A DNA stretch of 64,000 nucleotides, taken from assembly GCF_004010195.1 (NCBI RefSeq), contig NC_057718.1, positions 97,281,644-97,345,643 on the forward strand. Direction: 5' to 3'. Shown piece after piece: positions 50,201 to 63,479 of this stretch. Position numbers and translations under genes: made by a program. The first letter of the stretch is position 1; every line of letters begins with the position of its first letter. The notes beneath the pieces are model-generated. The model searched no databases. It was not told the DNA's origin and was given only the letters and a program-made list of their open reading frames with translations. The stretch comes from Chiloscyllium plagiosum (Eukaryota).

Positions 50201-52096
50201 CCACACTAAATCGCTCACAGAAAGATGGAAATGAGGGAGGTTCAGAGAAAAGCTCCTTTCTTGGTAGCTTGAATCTGTCTTCACATATAGTGAGTTGTGT
50301 GAAGAAGCTAATGAAAATAAATGCAAGTCTCATTCTTTAGTTTTGTTGAGGAGATGTGGTTTCATCTCACTGAAACCTTGGATTAAGGAAGCCGAATTAG
50401 ATGCATGGATTTACTGGATTGGGATAATTGCAATTACAGACAGCTCCTGGAAAGAGCTGAATAAACCTTGTAGTGTGATGTTGGAGCCACAATATATTTT
50501 GCCACCAAGTAGTTTGCCTGAGGAGATATTATCCCATCATGTCATTTATACACTGCAGTTACCCAAGTTCTGTCCCAGCCAGTGAGTTACAAATTGGCAT
50601 GATTCCCTCTGTGATATTCTGCACTGTTGATTATATTTCAAACTGCGGGAGCAGGAATAAAAGATTCAACTCCTCGAAACTGTGACAAAACCTGGATCAG
50701 AAACATCGTTTCGGAGATACGCAGGATCTGTTTTTCACACATTCCTGCAGGATAACAGTTAAGGCACAATTCTTCGGCACGACAAGCTTCATCCCCTTTG
50801 TTTTTCAATGCGTAATACTTGACTGGAAATGAAAAGCTGAAATTGAAAGTTGCAGTTTTTCTCCCCCACATACGTTTTTATATCAGAATCATGGTAGATT
50901 GATTGTACGTACTTTTCCTTGTGACTGATCAATGACAAGAGCTTGCTCACTGGAAGGTCAGGTTACTTTCCTTTAAAGCTATTCTGTTGTTGCTGTAAAA
51001 CACCTTGTAAGAGGCTTTGTTGTATTTATTGCTGTTTGGCAGGTGACATCAGCGAGCTGACTGTTAAACCCAATGCCTATCTAGACAAATAAACGACATT
51101 GCAGAATGAGCAATGATTGTGCAGTCACACAGCTTATCACCAACCTTAAAAGGAATCCATTAGTGAGATAGGTCTTTGAGTACATTGTTCATGGAGAGTT
51201 CATTTAGCAACAACTTGTCAAAGGCCTGTTGGGCAGAAATCTGCATTGATGCAAACAGAGAGAGTACGAAATGTTTAGCAAGATGGGGGCTAGAATTTGG
51301 CATTGAATCAGGAGCTCTTTCTGCTTTTGAATCTCTGCTAACGACCTCCCCCAAAATCTCAGGTGATACTCTCACCTCGCCTGGGCGCCAATGCTGTCCA
51401 ATAATGACAGCAGAGCTCCAATGTAAACAGAGTTTCGGAAGCAGTGGGTCTGTCACTGTGTCTTGCTTTTGAGTCATAGAGATGTACATCTCAGAAACAG
51501 ACCCTCTGGTCCAACTTGTCTATGCTGACCAGATATCCTACATTAATCTCATCCCATTTGCCAGCATTTGGCCCATATCCCTCTAAACCCTTCCGATTTG
51601 TTACCCATCCAGATGCCTTTTAAATCTTGTATATTGAGGAAAGAAGGATTGATCAATCTAGAATTCACATTTTCCCATTCTCACGGTTGCTGCAATTCAA
51701 GCAGATTCTGAGATTAAAGAGTTGTGGGGTTCCACATGCATCAGTTCCAACCTTAGCCATACATAGATGCTGAGGCCAATGAGAGTACATGCCTCCAACT
51801 CAGGATAACGTTCCTGCATTCCCCTTCCTCCTAGTAGCAATACCAGGCTATTGGAAAACTCCCTCCCTTACTTCCTGTAGCCTTGGCCTTGGAGTGTAAA
51901 AGAATAGTGGAGCCCCTGCAGGTGTTGGGAGTTCCCCCCCAACTTCTGCCCTTGTTCCTTCACTCTCCATCCATGCCTCCAACCTCAGTCTGTGTTTGCC
52001 TATACCCCTCAAATGAGCGGTTAGCCTGAGACTGCGTCTGCTCTGTTGGATAGATACCATGGCACTATTTTGAAGAAGAACAGTGACATGATGCAC

Positions 52097-52375
52097 AGCA
52101 CGGCATGGTGGCTCAGTGGTTAGCACTGCTGCCTCACAGCATGAAGGACTTGGGTTCGATCCCAGCCTCAAGTGACTGTCTGTGTGGAGTTTGCACATTG
52201 TCCTCATGTCTGCGTGGATTTTCTCCCACAGTCCAAAGATGTGCAGGCTAGGATGGATTGGCCATGCTAAATTTCTCATAGTGTGCAGGATAGGTGGGTT
52301 AGCTACAGGGATAGAGTGGGGAGTCTGGATGGGATACTCTTTGGAGGGGTGGTGCAGGCTCAATGGACCAAATGT
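52097..52375 (+). mobile_element. HE1-type V-SINE
   Basis: Head and V-domain. Confidence 0.85.
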
Positions 52376-52399
52376 GCCCAGTCATCCCTTGGTTTTACA

Positions 52400-53112
52400 G
52401 AGTCATATAGCATGGAAGCAGGCCCTTCAGTCCAACATGTCCATGCTACTCAGGTTCCCTAAACTGAATGCGTTGCATTTGGCCCATACCCCTCTAAACC
52501 TTTCCTATCTTCTGGAATACTGTGGGCAGCTGTGGTCACTCTGTTTTGAAAGAATATTATTAAACAGGAGAGGGTTCAGAAAAGATTTCGCAGGGTGTTG
52601 TCGGGAATGGAGCACATAAAAATATACTGGAAAGGCTGGGACTTCTTTCACTGGAGAGGGGTGACCTTATTGAACTTCATAAAATTCTGAGGGGGGCATA
52701 GATAAAGTCCATTGGAAGAGTGTTTCCCTGGGGTGGGGTAGGTCAAAACTAGAGGGCATATTTTTACACAGAGAGTGGTTCATGCGTGTTATGACCATCC
52801 AGAGAAAGTAGTGGATGTGGGTACAGTTGCAACATTTAAATAATATTTGGTTAAATTCAGGAATAGGAAAGATTTGGAGGGATATGGGCCAAATGTAAGT
52901 AAATGGGACAGGTTTAGTTTGGGAACGTGGTCGCCGTGGATTGGTTAGAACAAAGAGCCCGTTTCTGTGTTGTGTGACTGTATCCGCGTACCCATCCAGA
53001 TGCCTTTTAAATGCTGTGCCAGCCTCCACCATTTCCTCTGGTAGCTCGTTCCATGCACACACCACCCTCTGTGTGAAAATATTGCCCCTCAAGTCCCTTT
53101 TAAATCTTTCCC
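52400..53112. mobile_element. Nested HER1/CR1 3' fragments on both strands
   Basis: A minus-strand HER1 tail (about 52400-52510 and 52985-53112) is split by a plus-strand fragment. Confidence 0.75.
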
Positions 53113-53769
53113 CTCTTTGCCAATTACCACATAACTGAAATTTGTAGCAAGAGGCCTTGAAAGTGTCACATTTACAGATTGCTGCACATTGCTGATTTAT
53201 ATGAAGCAAACTTGATGTCGTTGAAATATGTTGCTTTGGAGCATTTGTCATTGGGACGTAAATTGGGACAGTCACCTTTGGTTGATTTACAAAACCATTC
53301 CAGCTGCTGCCATCTCTTGAAAACCATTTTCCTGGTGCATGAGAGACTAAATTGGTTTTGAAGTGAGTGATAGCTCCTCTGGTTTATTTTTGTGTGTTTT
53401 CCCTCTGTTCGACTTTGCTCTCTTATCCATCAGTGAGGTCGGTTGCAGAGTGCGTGGGCTGACGACTGAATGTACAGTGTTCAAACTCTGAATGAAACTC
53501 CCGCGCTTAATGACATTGGGTCGAGGACTCAGGGGCGGACATTCTCCCCCATTGATGGGGGATAATGGGAGGTTCCAGCCAAACAGTTAGTGGGCACAGT
53601 GTCGCTGATTCAACCTCATTGTGGCCAAGATGCGGTGCGATTTGTGAGGAAGTTGGATGTGTCAGTGAAGACTGTTGGCAGTGCAAAAGAATGAGCTGGC
53701 TGGCAGCTCCCCCAGTTGGTTCAATGGGTAAATACACCACCTGGAGGTGATCACTGACTGACGTTGAGA

Positions 53770-54215
53770 ATAGAAGCAGGAGTAGGCCATTCGGCCCTTC
53801 GAGCCTGCTCCACCATTTAATCTGATCATGACTGATCATCCATCTCAGTCTCCCCATACCCTTTGATCCTTTTAGCCCTAAGAATTGTATCTAACTCCTT
53901 TTTGAAAATAGTCAATGCTTTGGTCTCAAATGTTTTCTGTGGTAGGAAATTCCACAGGCTCCCCACTCTCTGGGTGAAGACATTTCTCCCCATCTCAGAC
54001 CTAAATGGCCTACCCCGTATCCATAATGATCCCGGCTCTGGGCTCTGCAGTCATCGGGCACATCCTTTTTGCATTTACCCTGTCTAGTTGCGTTAGAATT
54101 TTATAGTATGCTATGGGATCCCATAGAGCCACACAGCACGGAAACAGACCCTTCGGCCCAACTCATCCATGCTGATCAGGTTTCCCAAACTGAACGAGTC
54201 CCAATTGCCAGTGTT
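53770..54215 (-). mobile_element. CR1 3' fragments
   Basis: GAAGCAGGAGTAGGCCATTCGGCCCTTCGAGCCTGCTCC tail and a HER1 tail. Confidence 0.75.
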
Positions 54216-54744
54216 TGCCCCCACATAATCGCGCTCTGCTTGACTGGGCAGAGTTTAAAAGCCTCAGCTAGCAAGTGAGGAGAAGGATTGAGGGGTGGAA
54301 TCTTCTGGCCTCAACTTGACTAGGTTTCTGCTGGAAATCCCCCTGCCTTCCCACTCCTATCCCGAGTAGGACTGGAGCAGGAATGCCCTTGCACAGCCTC
54401 CCTGTCCCGCTGCCAATTGAAGTTTGGAAGTTGGCCATTAATGACAACTTGAGGGTCTCATCCCATCAGAATTGAAGAGTGTGGTGCTGGAAAAGCACAG
54501 CAGGTCAGGCAGCATCCGAGGAGCAGGAGAATCGATGCTTCGGTAATAAGCCCTTCATCAGGAATGAGAATGCCCACCTGCCATGGGAAGAACCCAAAGA
54601 CAGGTGGGTAACTCGACCCATAGTGAGCATGATGAACAAACCAGTGTGGGCTTTTCTGTAGGGGTATGGTGGACCGTATTCCACAGAGATGCCAGCTTCC
54701 AGTTGGCTGGCACCTTTCGGCCAATGGGCCTTTTGACCCTGGCA

Positions 54745-55575
54745 TTCCTAATTAAGGGAGCTGCATTATGAGAGTAAGGAAGCCTTACTGCAGCTGTACA
54801 AGATGCTGGTGAGACCACACTGTGGGCAGTTTTGGCTCCCTTTATTGAAGGGAAGGTAGCGTTTCCTTAGAGGCAGTTCACGATGAGTTTCACTCGGATG
54901 ATCCCTGGGATGGAGGGATTGTGAGCAAAGGCTGAACATGTTGGGACTCCCTACTCACTGGAGTTTAGAAGAATAGGAGGTGACCTCATTGAAACACATC
55001 GGATTCTTAAGGGGCTTGACAGGGTAAAAGCTGAGAGGATGTTTCCCCCTCATGGGAGAGTCTAGGACCAGAGGGCACAGTCTCAGAATAAAGGGACACC
55101 AATTCAATAATGAAATGAGGAGGTATTTCTTCCCTCAGAGGGTTGAGAGTCTTTGAAGTTCCTTGCCACAGAGAGAGCTGTGGGGGTAGACTCCTTGTGT
55201 ATATTTAAAACTGACCAGTTGAGGAATCAAGGATTATGGCGAAAGGGCAGGAAAATGGACCTGAGAAATGTTAAGTTTAGATCAGAGTGGTGCTGGAAAA
55301 GCACAGCAGGTCAGGCAACATCCGAGGAGCAGGAAAATCGATGTTTCAGGCAAAAGCCCTTCATCAGGAATCCTGAAACATCGATTTTCCTGCTCTTTGG
55401 ATGCTTCCAGACCTGCTGTGCTTTTCCAGCACTGCTCTGATCTAAACTCTGGTTTCCAGCATCTGCAGTCCTCACTTTTGCCCCATGAGGAATGTTAAAT
55501 CAGCCATGATCCTGCTGAATGGCGGAGAAGGTTCGAGGGGCCGAATGGCCTACTTCTGCTCCTATTCCTTATGAT
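54745..55575 (+). mobile_element. CR1 3' portion with a nested family A foldback (about 55272-55482)
   Basis: CAGCTGTACAAGATGCTGGTGAGACCACAC...CTGGAGTTTAGAAGAA; insertion flanked by TGAG(A/G)AATGTTAA. Confidence 0.8.
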
Positions 55576-56649
55576 CTTTCAGTGACAGTGTCCTGAAGCT
55601 TATGTTCCTGATAGTTTTTCAATCACCCTTACTAATAGTGATGATCACCAGCAGTGAGAACGTGCCTTCAGTGTCTTCAATAGAGAGGATCAACCTGGTT
55701 TCAGATGAGACTTTCATGCCTTTTCTGTCAGTTAGTAACACTCTAGTTGGAAGGTCGTGCGTTCAGGTACCACACTGGAGCACTGAGCCCACCAATCAAT
55801 ACTGATCTCCATTGCAGTACGGAGGGAGTGCTGTACTGTTGGAGGTGCTGACGTTTGGCTGAGATATGAAATTCCGCCCTTCTGGAAGGATGATAAAAAG
55901 TGTCTGGCATTACCTTGAAGGGCAGGAACCCTATCCCCAGGCACTTCATTTGCCCTTCCTGCCAACTTCCTCTACAGACCCAGGAAGGTATGGTGCCCTT
56001 TGTGTCACAGTCAAAGGGTTAATTTGCATATCAGAGACAGAGGGGAATCTGGAGGCTAAAAAGAGCGAGGAAATTCGGGTAATGAATGTCATTGGGCAAA
56101 AAAAAATGCATTGGACAAAGCTGAGGAACTAAAATCTGATAAATGTACAGAACTTGATGCCCTAGGGGTCTAGGGGAGCAAGATAATGGGTATGTTGGCA
56201 ATAATGTTGCAAAATTCTGTTGAATGGCAATGATCCCATTAGATTGATTAAAACAAAGAACTGCAGGTATCCGAAATCTGAAGCATCGAAATTGCTGGAG
56301 AAACTCGGTAGGTCTGGCTGCATCTGTAGAGAAAAAGCATGAGTTAATGTATCAGTTCCAGTGATGTGTCTTCAGAACTGAGGAACCCATTAGATTGAAA
56401 GCTGGCAAATGCAATGCCACTTTTCAAGAAAACTGTTCATGTGTTTTTATGAAAAGGGATTCCCGTGCAACAAATTTATTTGAATTTCTTGAGGATATAA
56501 CTAGTCTTGGTAGATAGACACATGGAAGATTGTACAATGAAGGGTATGTAGTTTAGTCTGATCTTACAGCAGGATAAAAAGCCGGCACAACATCGAGGGC
56601 CGAAGGGCCTGAACTGCACTGCATTCATTTATATTCTCTGTTTTATAGA

Positions 56650-57090
56650 GGAGTCATCGAGCTGGACAGCATGGAACCAGACCCTTTGGGCTAACTGAAC
56701 CATGCTGACCAATATTCTAAATTAATCCTATTTGCCAGCATTTAGCCCATACCCCTCTAAACCCTTCCTATTCATATACCCATCCAGATGTCTTTTAAAT
56801 GTTATGATTGTACCAGCCTCCACCACTTCCTCTGGCAGCTTATTCCAGACATGCGCCACCCTCTGTGTGTGAAACAGTTACTCCTTAGGTCCCTTGTAAA
56901 TTTTTCCCCTCTCACCTGAAACCTATGCCCTCTAGTTTTGGACACCCCTATCCTGGGAAAATACCTTTTTAGTCACCCTATCCAAGCCCCTCACGGTCTT
57001 AAAAAGCTCTATGAGGTCACCCCTCAGCCTCCGATACTCCAGAGAAAATGGCCCCAACCTATTCAGCGTCTCCCTATAATCAAACCCTCC
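56650..57090 (-). mobile_element. HER1/CR1 LINE 3' end
   Basis: YRETLNRLGPFSLEYRRLRGDLIELFK plus tail. Confidence 0.9.
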
Positions 57091-57304
57091 TCTAAAGCAG
57101 GGAGACCAGGAAGACATCGGAGTGCAGGAATAACAAGGTCTGGCTAAAGTTGTTTACAGTTTTGGTGAGGCCACGTCTGCATTGTAAAGTTGGCATTCAC
57201 GCTAAAGGAAGGACATATCCTTACATTGGATGTGATGCTGCAAAAATTCATTAGATTGGACTGTGGGCTGAGGGCCCATTGTATGATAAAAGACTGAAGG
57301 AATC

Positions 57305-57607
57305 AGACACACACACACACACAGACATACTCACACACAGACACACACACACAGACACACGCAGACACACACACACAGACGCACACACAGTCACACGCAG
57401 ACACACATACAGACACACACAGACAGACACACATACACACAGATGCACACACAGACAGACACACACACNNNNNNNNNNNNNNNNNGACACACATACACAC
57501 ATACACACGGACACACACGCGCACACACACACTCACAGACACACACACAGACACACACATGGACACACACACCCACCCACACACACAGACAGATACACAC
57601 ACACACA
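57305..57607 (+). repeat. Imperfect (CA)n/(CAGA)n microsatellite inside a CR1 fragment, with an N gap at 57469-57485
   Basis: Visible directly; it explains the HT/CV-rich ORFs. Confidence 0.98.
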
Positions 57608-58829
57608 ATGGAATTTAGAAGAATGAGAGGTAACCATTTTTGAAACATTGAAAATTCTGAAGGGGGATTGATAAGGCGTAAGTCACTGAGAGACAGTCTG
57701 GGAAGCAGGGCTGGAGGATAAGGAGCTCAATAAAAGCTGAGACAGGCAGCAGTATGGACTTCTAAAGAATCAGAGGATTTGAGGAATGGGGCAGGAAGGC
57801 CAACATTAACCATGGTTCTATAAAACGGCTGAGCAGGATTGACAGGCTGAATGATGTGTTCCTGCCCTGACGTCTTGTGTTCTTAGGCAGAGATATTTTT
57901 GATAAAGGACCATGTGGATTCAGTGGTTCTATTTCATTTTTGCCTTCACTGGAAAGGAAGTGCACATTCACAGGTAATTTACTGTCCCGAAAAGACTAAT
58001 GTTCTACATTGGGTTATTGTATACGGGAATCAGTGGTGGTGGGGACAATTATTCAATGTGTAGGCATTTATTTTTCTTCTCTTGTGAAACCCCTTTGCAA
58101 ATAATTCTGTTAATGATATGGAATTCCATCATTCTTCCATACAGCCTTTTGCATGGAATGTACCGTAGCATAGGGACAGCCCCTCGAGCCTGTGCTGCCA
58201 TGTAATCTGTGGCCAAACTCCATTTGCCTTCCTTTGGCCCATATCCCTTAAGGGATTAACTAAAAAAAATCCATCTCAGATAAAACTTTGAACCTACAGA
58301 GAACTGCAATGGGAGATATGTTTGCATTTGTTACTATTTTAGAAGTCTTGCAGTTGTGTACATTCCCATTATTACTCTTAGAAGCATGTACCACAGATGT
58401 GATGTACCTGGTGCAGCAGTATTTTCATGTCTTGGGTCACAAGGGGAAGTATTTGAATAATTGAAAACCCTTTTAATCCCACTATTTGTGGAGTGTCTTG
58501 TAAGCCTCCCACCACTGGGTGGCATTATTGCTCAACAGTGTCACCCAATAACCACAGAGGGTTGAAGGGGGAGAAATGGGGAGATAGGTTGGTGGGGAAG
58601 AGACATCAAGTCGGAAAATGATCAAAATAAATCTGGGGAGAGCGAGACAGCTCTGGAAGCAAGATTAGACAATGACACCCAGTCAGGGAATAGAAGCAGG
58701 ATTCAAAGAACAGAGATCAGAGGATGATGAGTATGAGCTAGAGGTTATGGAGAGATAACAAGTAAGTCAAGTTCAGCAGAGGAGAAAGGGAGAGGCAAAT
58801 CAGTAGGACAGAGACTTAAGAAAGGAATA

Positions 58830-59225
58830 AAGTCATACAGCATGGAAACAGACCCTTCGGTCCAGCCAGTCCGTGCTGACCATGTTTCCAAGTTAAACTA
58901 GTCCCACCTGCCTCCACATGGGCCATATCCATCCCAATCTTGCCTATTCATTAACTTATCCAAATGTCTTTTAAACATTGTAACATCCACCACTCTCTCT
59001 GACTAGTCCATTCCACACACCAACCACACTCTGTGTAAAAAAAAAAGTTGCCCTTCATCTCTTTTTTAAATCCTTTTCACCTCCCCTTAAAAGTATGCCC
59101 CCTAGTTTGGAACTCCCCCACCCTAGGGAAAAAAGACATTGGTCATTCACCTTATCTATGCCCCCCATGATTTTATAAACCTCAATAAGGTCATCCCTCA
59201 ACCTCCTACTTCCCAGTGAAAATTC
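58830..59225 (-). mobile_element. HER1/CR1 LINE 3' end
   Basis: Reverse-complement tail CAGCATGGAAACAGACCCTTCGGTCC. Confidence 0.85.
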
Positions 59226-59629
59226 AGCTCCAGCTGCCCCTTCCCAATGTTTCCATAGTCACCAATGGCCGCACCTCAGATACCCCCATTTTCCATAAAC
59301 CTGCAGCACCTCACCATTTCACCGTGGTGTCAATCTTCCATCTCATTTTCATATCATGTCATGGGACCACTGATTATTAAGTCAGTCATTGAGGACACAT
59401 TTGATAGGTCACTGAGTGAAGTGAACTCTCTGACTCTACCTGTCAGCTGTATTCCATGTGTGAAGATACTGCACGTAGTTAGATAAAGCTGGAGACTCCA
59501 GGCGTGCATACACCATCAAGGCAGTGAAACAGGAAGGAAGTTGTGGTCACCTAGATGTAAGAACAATGTGAGTTTTACTCTGAGGAAAATTATTTTTATT
59601 TTTGCCTTCATGGTGATACTGATATAGTA

Positions 59630-59940
59630 AGGCACGGTGGCTCAGTGGATAGCACTGCTGTCTTACAGCACCAGGGACCCTGGTGACTGTCTGTGTGGAA
59701 TCTGCACATTTTCCCCCATGTCTGTGTGGGTTTCCTCTGGGTGCTCTTGTTTCCTCCCATATTCTAAAGTTGGATTGGCCATGCTGTTGTGTCCAGGTAT
59801 GTGCAGGCTAGGTGGGTTAGCTCTGGGGAAAATGCAGGATTACAGGAAGGTAGTGCATGGGGTGGGTCTGGGTGGGCTGCCCTACATTGTGAACTCGATG
59901 GGCTGAATGGCCTGCTTCCGCACTGTCGGGTCTCTATGAT
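59630..59940 (+). mobile_element. HE1-type V-SINE
   Basis: Head and V-domain. Confidence 0.8.
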
Positions 59941-60639
59941 TTATTGCCTCATGAATTGATTGGCTTGCTGGAGCATTTCAGGGGACAGTTAGCAGCCACC
60001 CACACTGGTGTGGGTCTGGAGTCACGTGTAGGCCAGAGTAGTGCAGATTTACTTCCCGAGAATTTGTTAGTGAACCAACTGTATTTGACAACAACTGAAA
60101 GTAAAATCATTAAGACTATTAATGGTCTTAGAAATGCAAGCAGCACTGAATTTATGGAGAGCTCTGATACATTTTCAGCTGAGGTATTGAACCGCTTGAT
60201 GAAATTGAGTGTTGATGTAAGTCATTGATGGAGGAATTGGGAAATGGGTGAATTGTACAGCTAACAGTGACTTGTATACTTGAGAGAAAGAGTGGGCTTC
60301 TCTGCATTTTGCTTGCAATTATATAGCTTTTATTGCAGAATTATTTCAGTGCTACTTTGAGTAGGTGTGATGTGTAAGCTAATTAATTCATAATTGGGCA
60401 GCCTGTTAAACACGTTACAGGTGGAGAACAGCACATGAAGTGAAAAACATCATGATAATTACTCGTGGCCCTGGATCTGTAGAGATTTGTTTTTCTCTTT
60501 GAGGTGAATATTTGGTCGTTTTCTCAAAAGCAGAAGCGGTCTGTGTGCCATCCATGGCACGGTTGGTAGCCCTTTAGCTTCTAACTGCGCAGACCCAAGC
60601 TGTGCCCGAACACCAAACCTAAAGCAGATGCTCCGTTGC

Positions 60640-60950
60640 AAGGAATGCTGCACTGTTGGCGCAGCCAAGTCACGACCTGCTCTGATTGGTGTAAAATAAA
60701 TTCTTCTGCACTTCTGTGGCCAATATTTGTTCCTCAATCTGCACCGTAAAAGCACATTGTTTGGTCAAAGTCACGTCGGTGGAAGTTAGCTGTGTGCAAA
60801 ACTGGCTTTTGTGTTGCCTGCAGAGCAGATTGAGACAACCAACCGGCCTACTTCAAAGCCATTTACAACAGGAACTGCACATCAGAAGTGCATGCTTGGA
60901 TGCACCATGCTTTCAGACATACTGTAGCTGTATAAGTGGACTTCTTTCTT
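60640..60950 (+). mobile_element. Degraded Deu-domain SINE
   Basis: GGCCAATATTTGTTCCTCAA...GCTGTGTGCAAAACTGGC...CTACTTCAAAG. Confidence 0.5.
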
Positions 60951-61544
60951 CTCTTTTATTTGGTCAAATTTGAATGCCAAACCGACAAAACCTTTCTTAC
61001 AAATGGGTCTTCCTCCTGAAACCTAAGACACTGAATGCGCGAGCACGCAACAAAACAATGTCGAAGAGATCAAGCACTTGTTCTTTAGTTTCATTAAGAT
61101 GATAGGAGTTTGTTCGATCTTTGAAGAGATTGAATGTAGCGAAGATCTAATATGACTTTTTAAATGGTTCTTTGTAATTCAGTTGGACAAGGAAGAGAGA
61201 CAGAAATCTTCAGGCAATGCTTTTTTGGAAGTGTTAGATGACAAGGTTTATAGATTGTCTTTCCTCTGTATCACTTAAAGATTCAGTCCAAGAAGAATGA
61301 AGGTCAATTATACCTTATAGCAAGTTAAACAGTCAAAGTAAATAATCTATTTGAGATGTAATCTTAGAAGTTATGTGGCTGAGTTACAGTATGTCAGTGA
61401 TTATGGACATCAGAATTGGTCCAGATGAACAGTAATTCAAACCCAATCCATAATCATCTCTCTCTGGCTTAGAGTCATGGAGGTGCTACATCATTTGGAG
61501 ACATTAACATCCATGAGGGAGAAGGAATGCCAACATAATACTGT

Positions 61545-61900
61545 AAGACATAGGAACAGAATTAGACCATTCAGCCCATCAGGTTTGCACTGCATTTCAA
61601 TGAGATCATACCTGATCTGATGATCCTCAATTCAACTTTCCTACTTTTTCTCCATACCCCTTGATTCCTGTACTGTCTAATTATCACTCTATCTTAGCCG
61701 TGAATGCACACAACGAACCAGCCTCCAGAGCCATTTATGGTTAAAAAGAATTCCACAGATTCTCGTCTCCTCTGAGAGAAGAAATTCCTCCTCATTTTGG
61801 TCTGAAATAGTGACCCTTATTCTGAGATTGTCCCCCGAAGCCCTAGACCCTCCTCCACATTTACCATGTCAAGTTCTCTAAAAGTCTTGCATGTTTCAAT
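61545..61900 (-). mobile_element. CR1 3' fragment
   Basis: Reverse-complement tail plus CTGAGAGAAGAAATTCCTCCTCA. Confidence 0.7.
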
Positions 61901-62204
61901 GTGTCTGTTTCTATCTGGCTCCAGATGTCAGTCACACCTCGTAGCGAGAATTAGATTGAGAATGAACTCTTTCAAGGAATGCCAATGAAATACGGATCAA
62001 GGGTCTGTCGAAACAGATCCTGCAGAACCCCTCACGGAGATACTTATATCATCGACAGCCATGGGTGAAATGCTGGGAGACTGGCTAATGTTGTGCCAGT
62101 ATTTTAAAAAAGCTGCAAGGAAAAGCCAAGGAACTACAGACCACTGAGTCAAATGTCAATGGTGAGTAAGTTCTTGGAGGAGATTCTGAGTGACTAGATC
62201 CACA

Positions 62205-62420
62205 CAGACTTGACTGGATGGCTGATTTACAAAGTAGTGTGAAGCCAACTGTGTGGATTCAATTCCCATCACTGGCGGACATTACCATGAATGCTTCTCC
62301 TTCTCAACCTCTCCCCTCGCCTGAGGTATAGTGGCGCTCAGATTAAATCATCATCAGCCATTCACCTCTCTCTAACGAGAGAGCAGCCTTGTGATCTGGA
62401 AAGACTATGGCGACTTGAAT
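62205..62420 (+). mobile_element. tRNA-headed SINE (third family) inserted in a CR1 RT relic
   Basis: Similar to 14757-15060; B-box-like GGATTCAATTCCC. Confidence 0.5.
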
Positions 62421-62640
62421 TGAAACTTGGAAAGGTAAGGACTGATTAGAGATAGTCAGCGTGGCTTTGTCCATGGGAAAACATATCTCAAACATTTGAT
62501 TACGTTTTTTGAAGAGGTGACCCAGAAGATATATAAGGGCAGTGTAGTAAATGTTATCTACATGGATAACAATGCCTTCAAACAATAACGTATGGTAGAA
62601 TGGTGAGGAAGGTTAGATCACATGGAGAGCTTGGTAGTAG

Positions 62641-62945
62641 GAGATTAGATTAGATTACTTACAGTGTGGAAACAGGCCCTTCGGCTCAACAAGTCCACAC
62701 CGACCCACCGAAGTGCAACCAACCCAGACCCATTCCCCTAACACTACGAGCAATTTAGCATGGCCAATTCACCTAATCTGCACATTTTTGGACTGTGGGA
62801 GGAAACCGGAGCACCCGGAGGAAACCCACGCAGACACGGGGAGAATGTGCAAATTCCACACAGTCAGTCTCCTGAGGCGGGAATTGAACCCGGGTCTCTG
62901 GCGCTGTGAGGCAACAGTGCTAACCACTGTGCCACCGTGCCGCCC
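62641..62945 (-). mobile_element. Young-looking HE1-type V-SINE
   Basis: Complete GGGCGGCACGGTGGCACAGTGG head, CpGs retained, (AATCT)3 tail. Confidence 0.92.
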
Positions 62946-62949
62946 ATAG

Positions 62950-63280
62950 AAGGTGGTGTTAGAGTGTTGTTTTTCAGACTGAAGGCCTGTGAGGAGCAGT
63001 GTGCCACAAGTGTCAGTGCTGGGTCCACTGTTGTTCGTCATGTATAATAACGATTTGGATGAGAATATAGGATTCACAGTACGTAAGTTTGTGGATGACA
63101 CCAAAATTTGTGATGTAGAGGACGGTGAAGAAGGTTATCTGAGAGTACAATGGGATGTAAATCACCTGGGCCAATGGGCTGAGGAATGGCAAATGGAGTT
63201 TAATTCAGATAAATGTGAAGTGTTGCATTATAGTAAGACAAACCAGGGCAGGACCTACACATTTAATTGGAGGTCTCTGA
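62950..63280 (+). mobile_element. CR1 RT fragment (continues 62070-62630)
   Basis: VPQVSVLGPLLFVMYNNDLD...KFVDDTKI...WQMEFNSDKCEVLH. Confidence 0.9.
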
Positions 63281-63479
63281 CTCTGTGATATGTAAATTTT
63301 TATACACTGCCCTGACCGATTAAAGCAAACATGTCATATACCTTCTTGACCACCTTATCCACTGGTGTTGGCACTTTCAGAGAACTGTGGACCTGATTGG
63401 CTCACTTCCATTCAAGGAGGTGCTTTGATTGACTGACAATCAATGGAGATGGACAAGTGTTTAAGTATAATTTTAATGT

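Noticed and set aside
50638..51489. ORFs in unique DNA and an ISRE-like GAAATTGAAAG near 50840
   Set aside because: No recognisable protein, no good donor site, and a single short motif is not significant.
57251..57648. His/Thr-rich and Cys/Val-rich ORFs
   Set aside because: Translations of the CA microsatellite.
62875..62945. tRNA-like sequences with A and B boxes
   Set aside because: They are SINE heads continuing into the V-domain, not tRNA genes.
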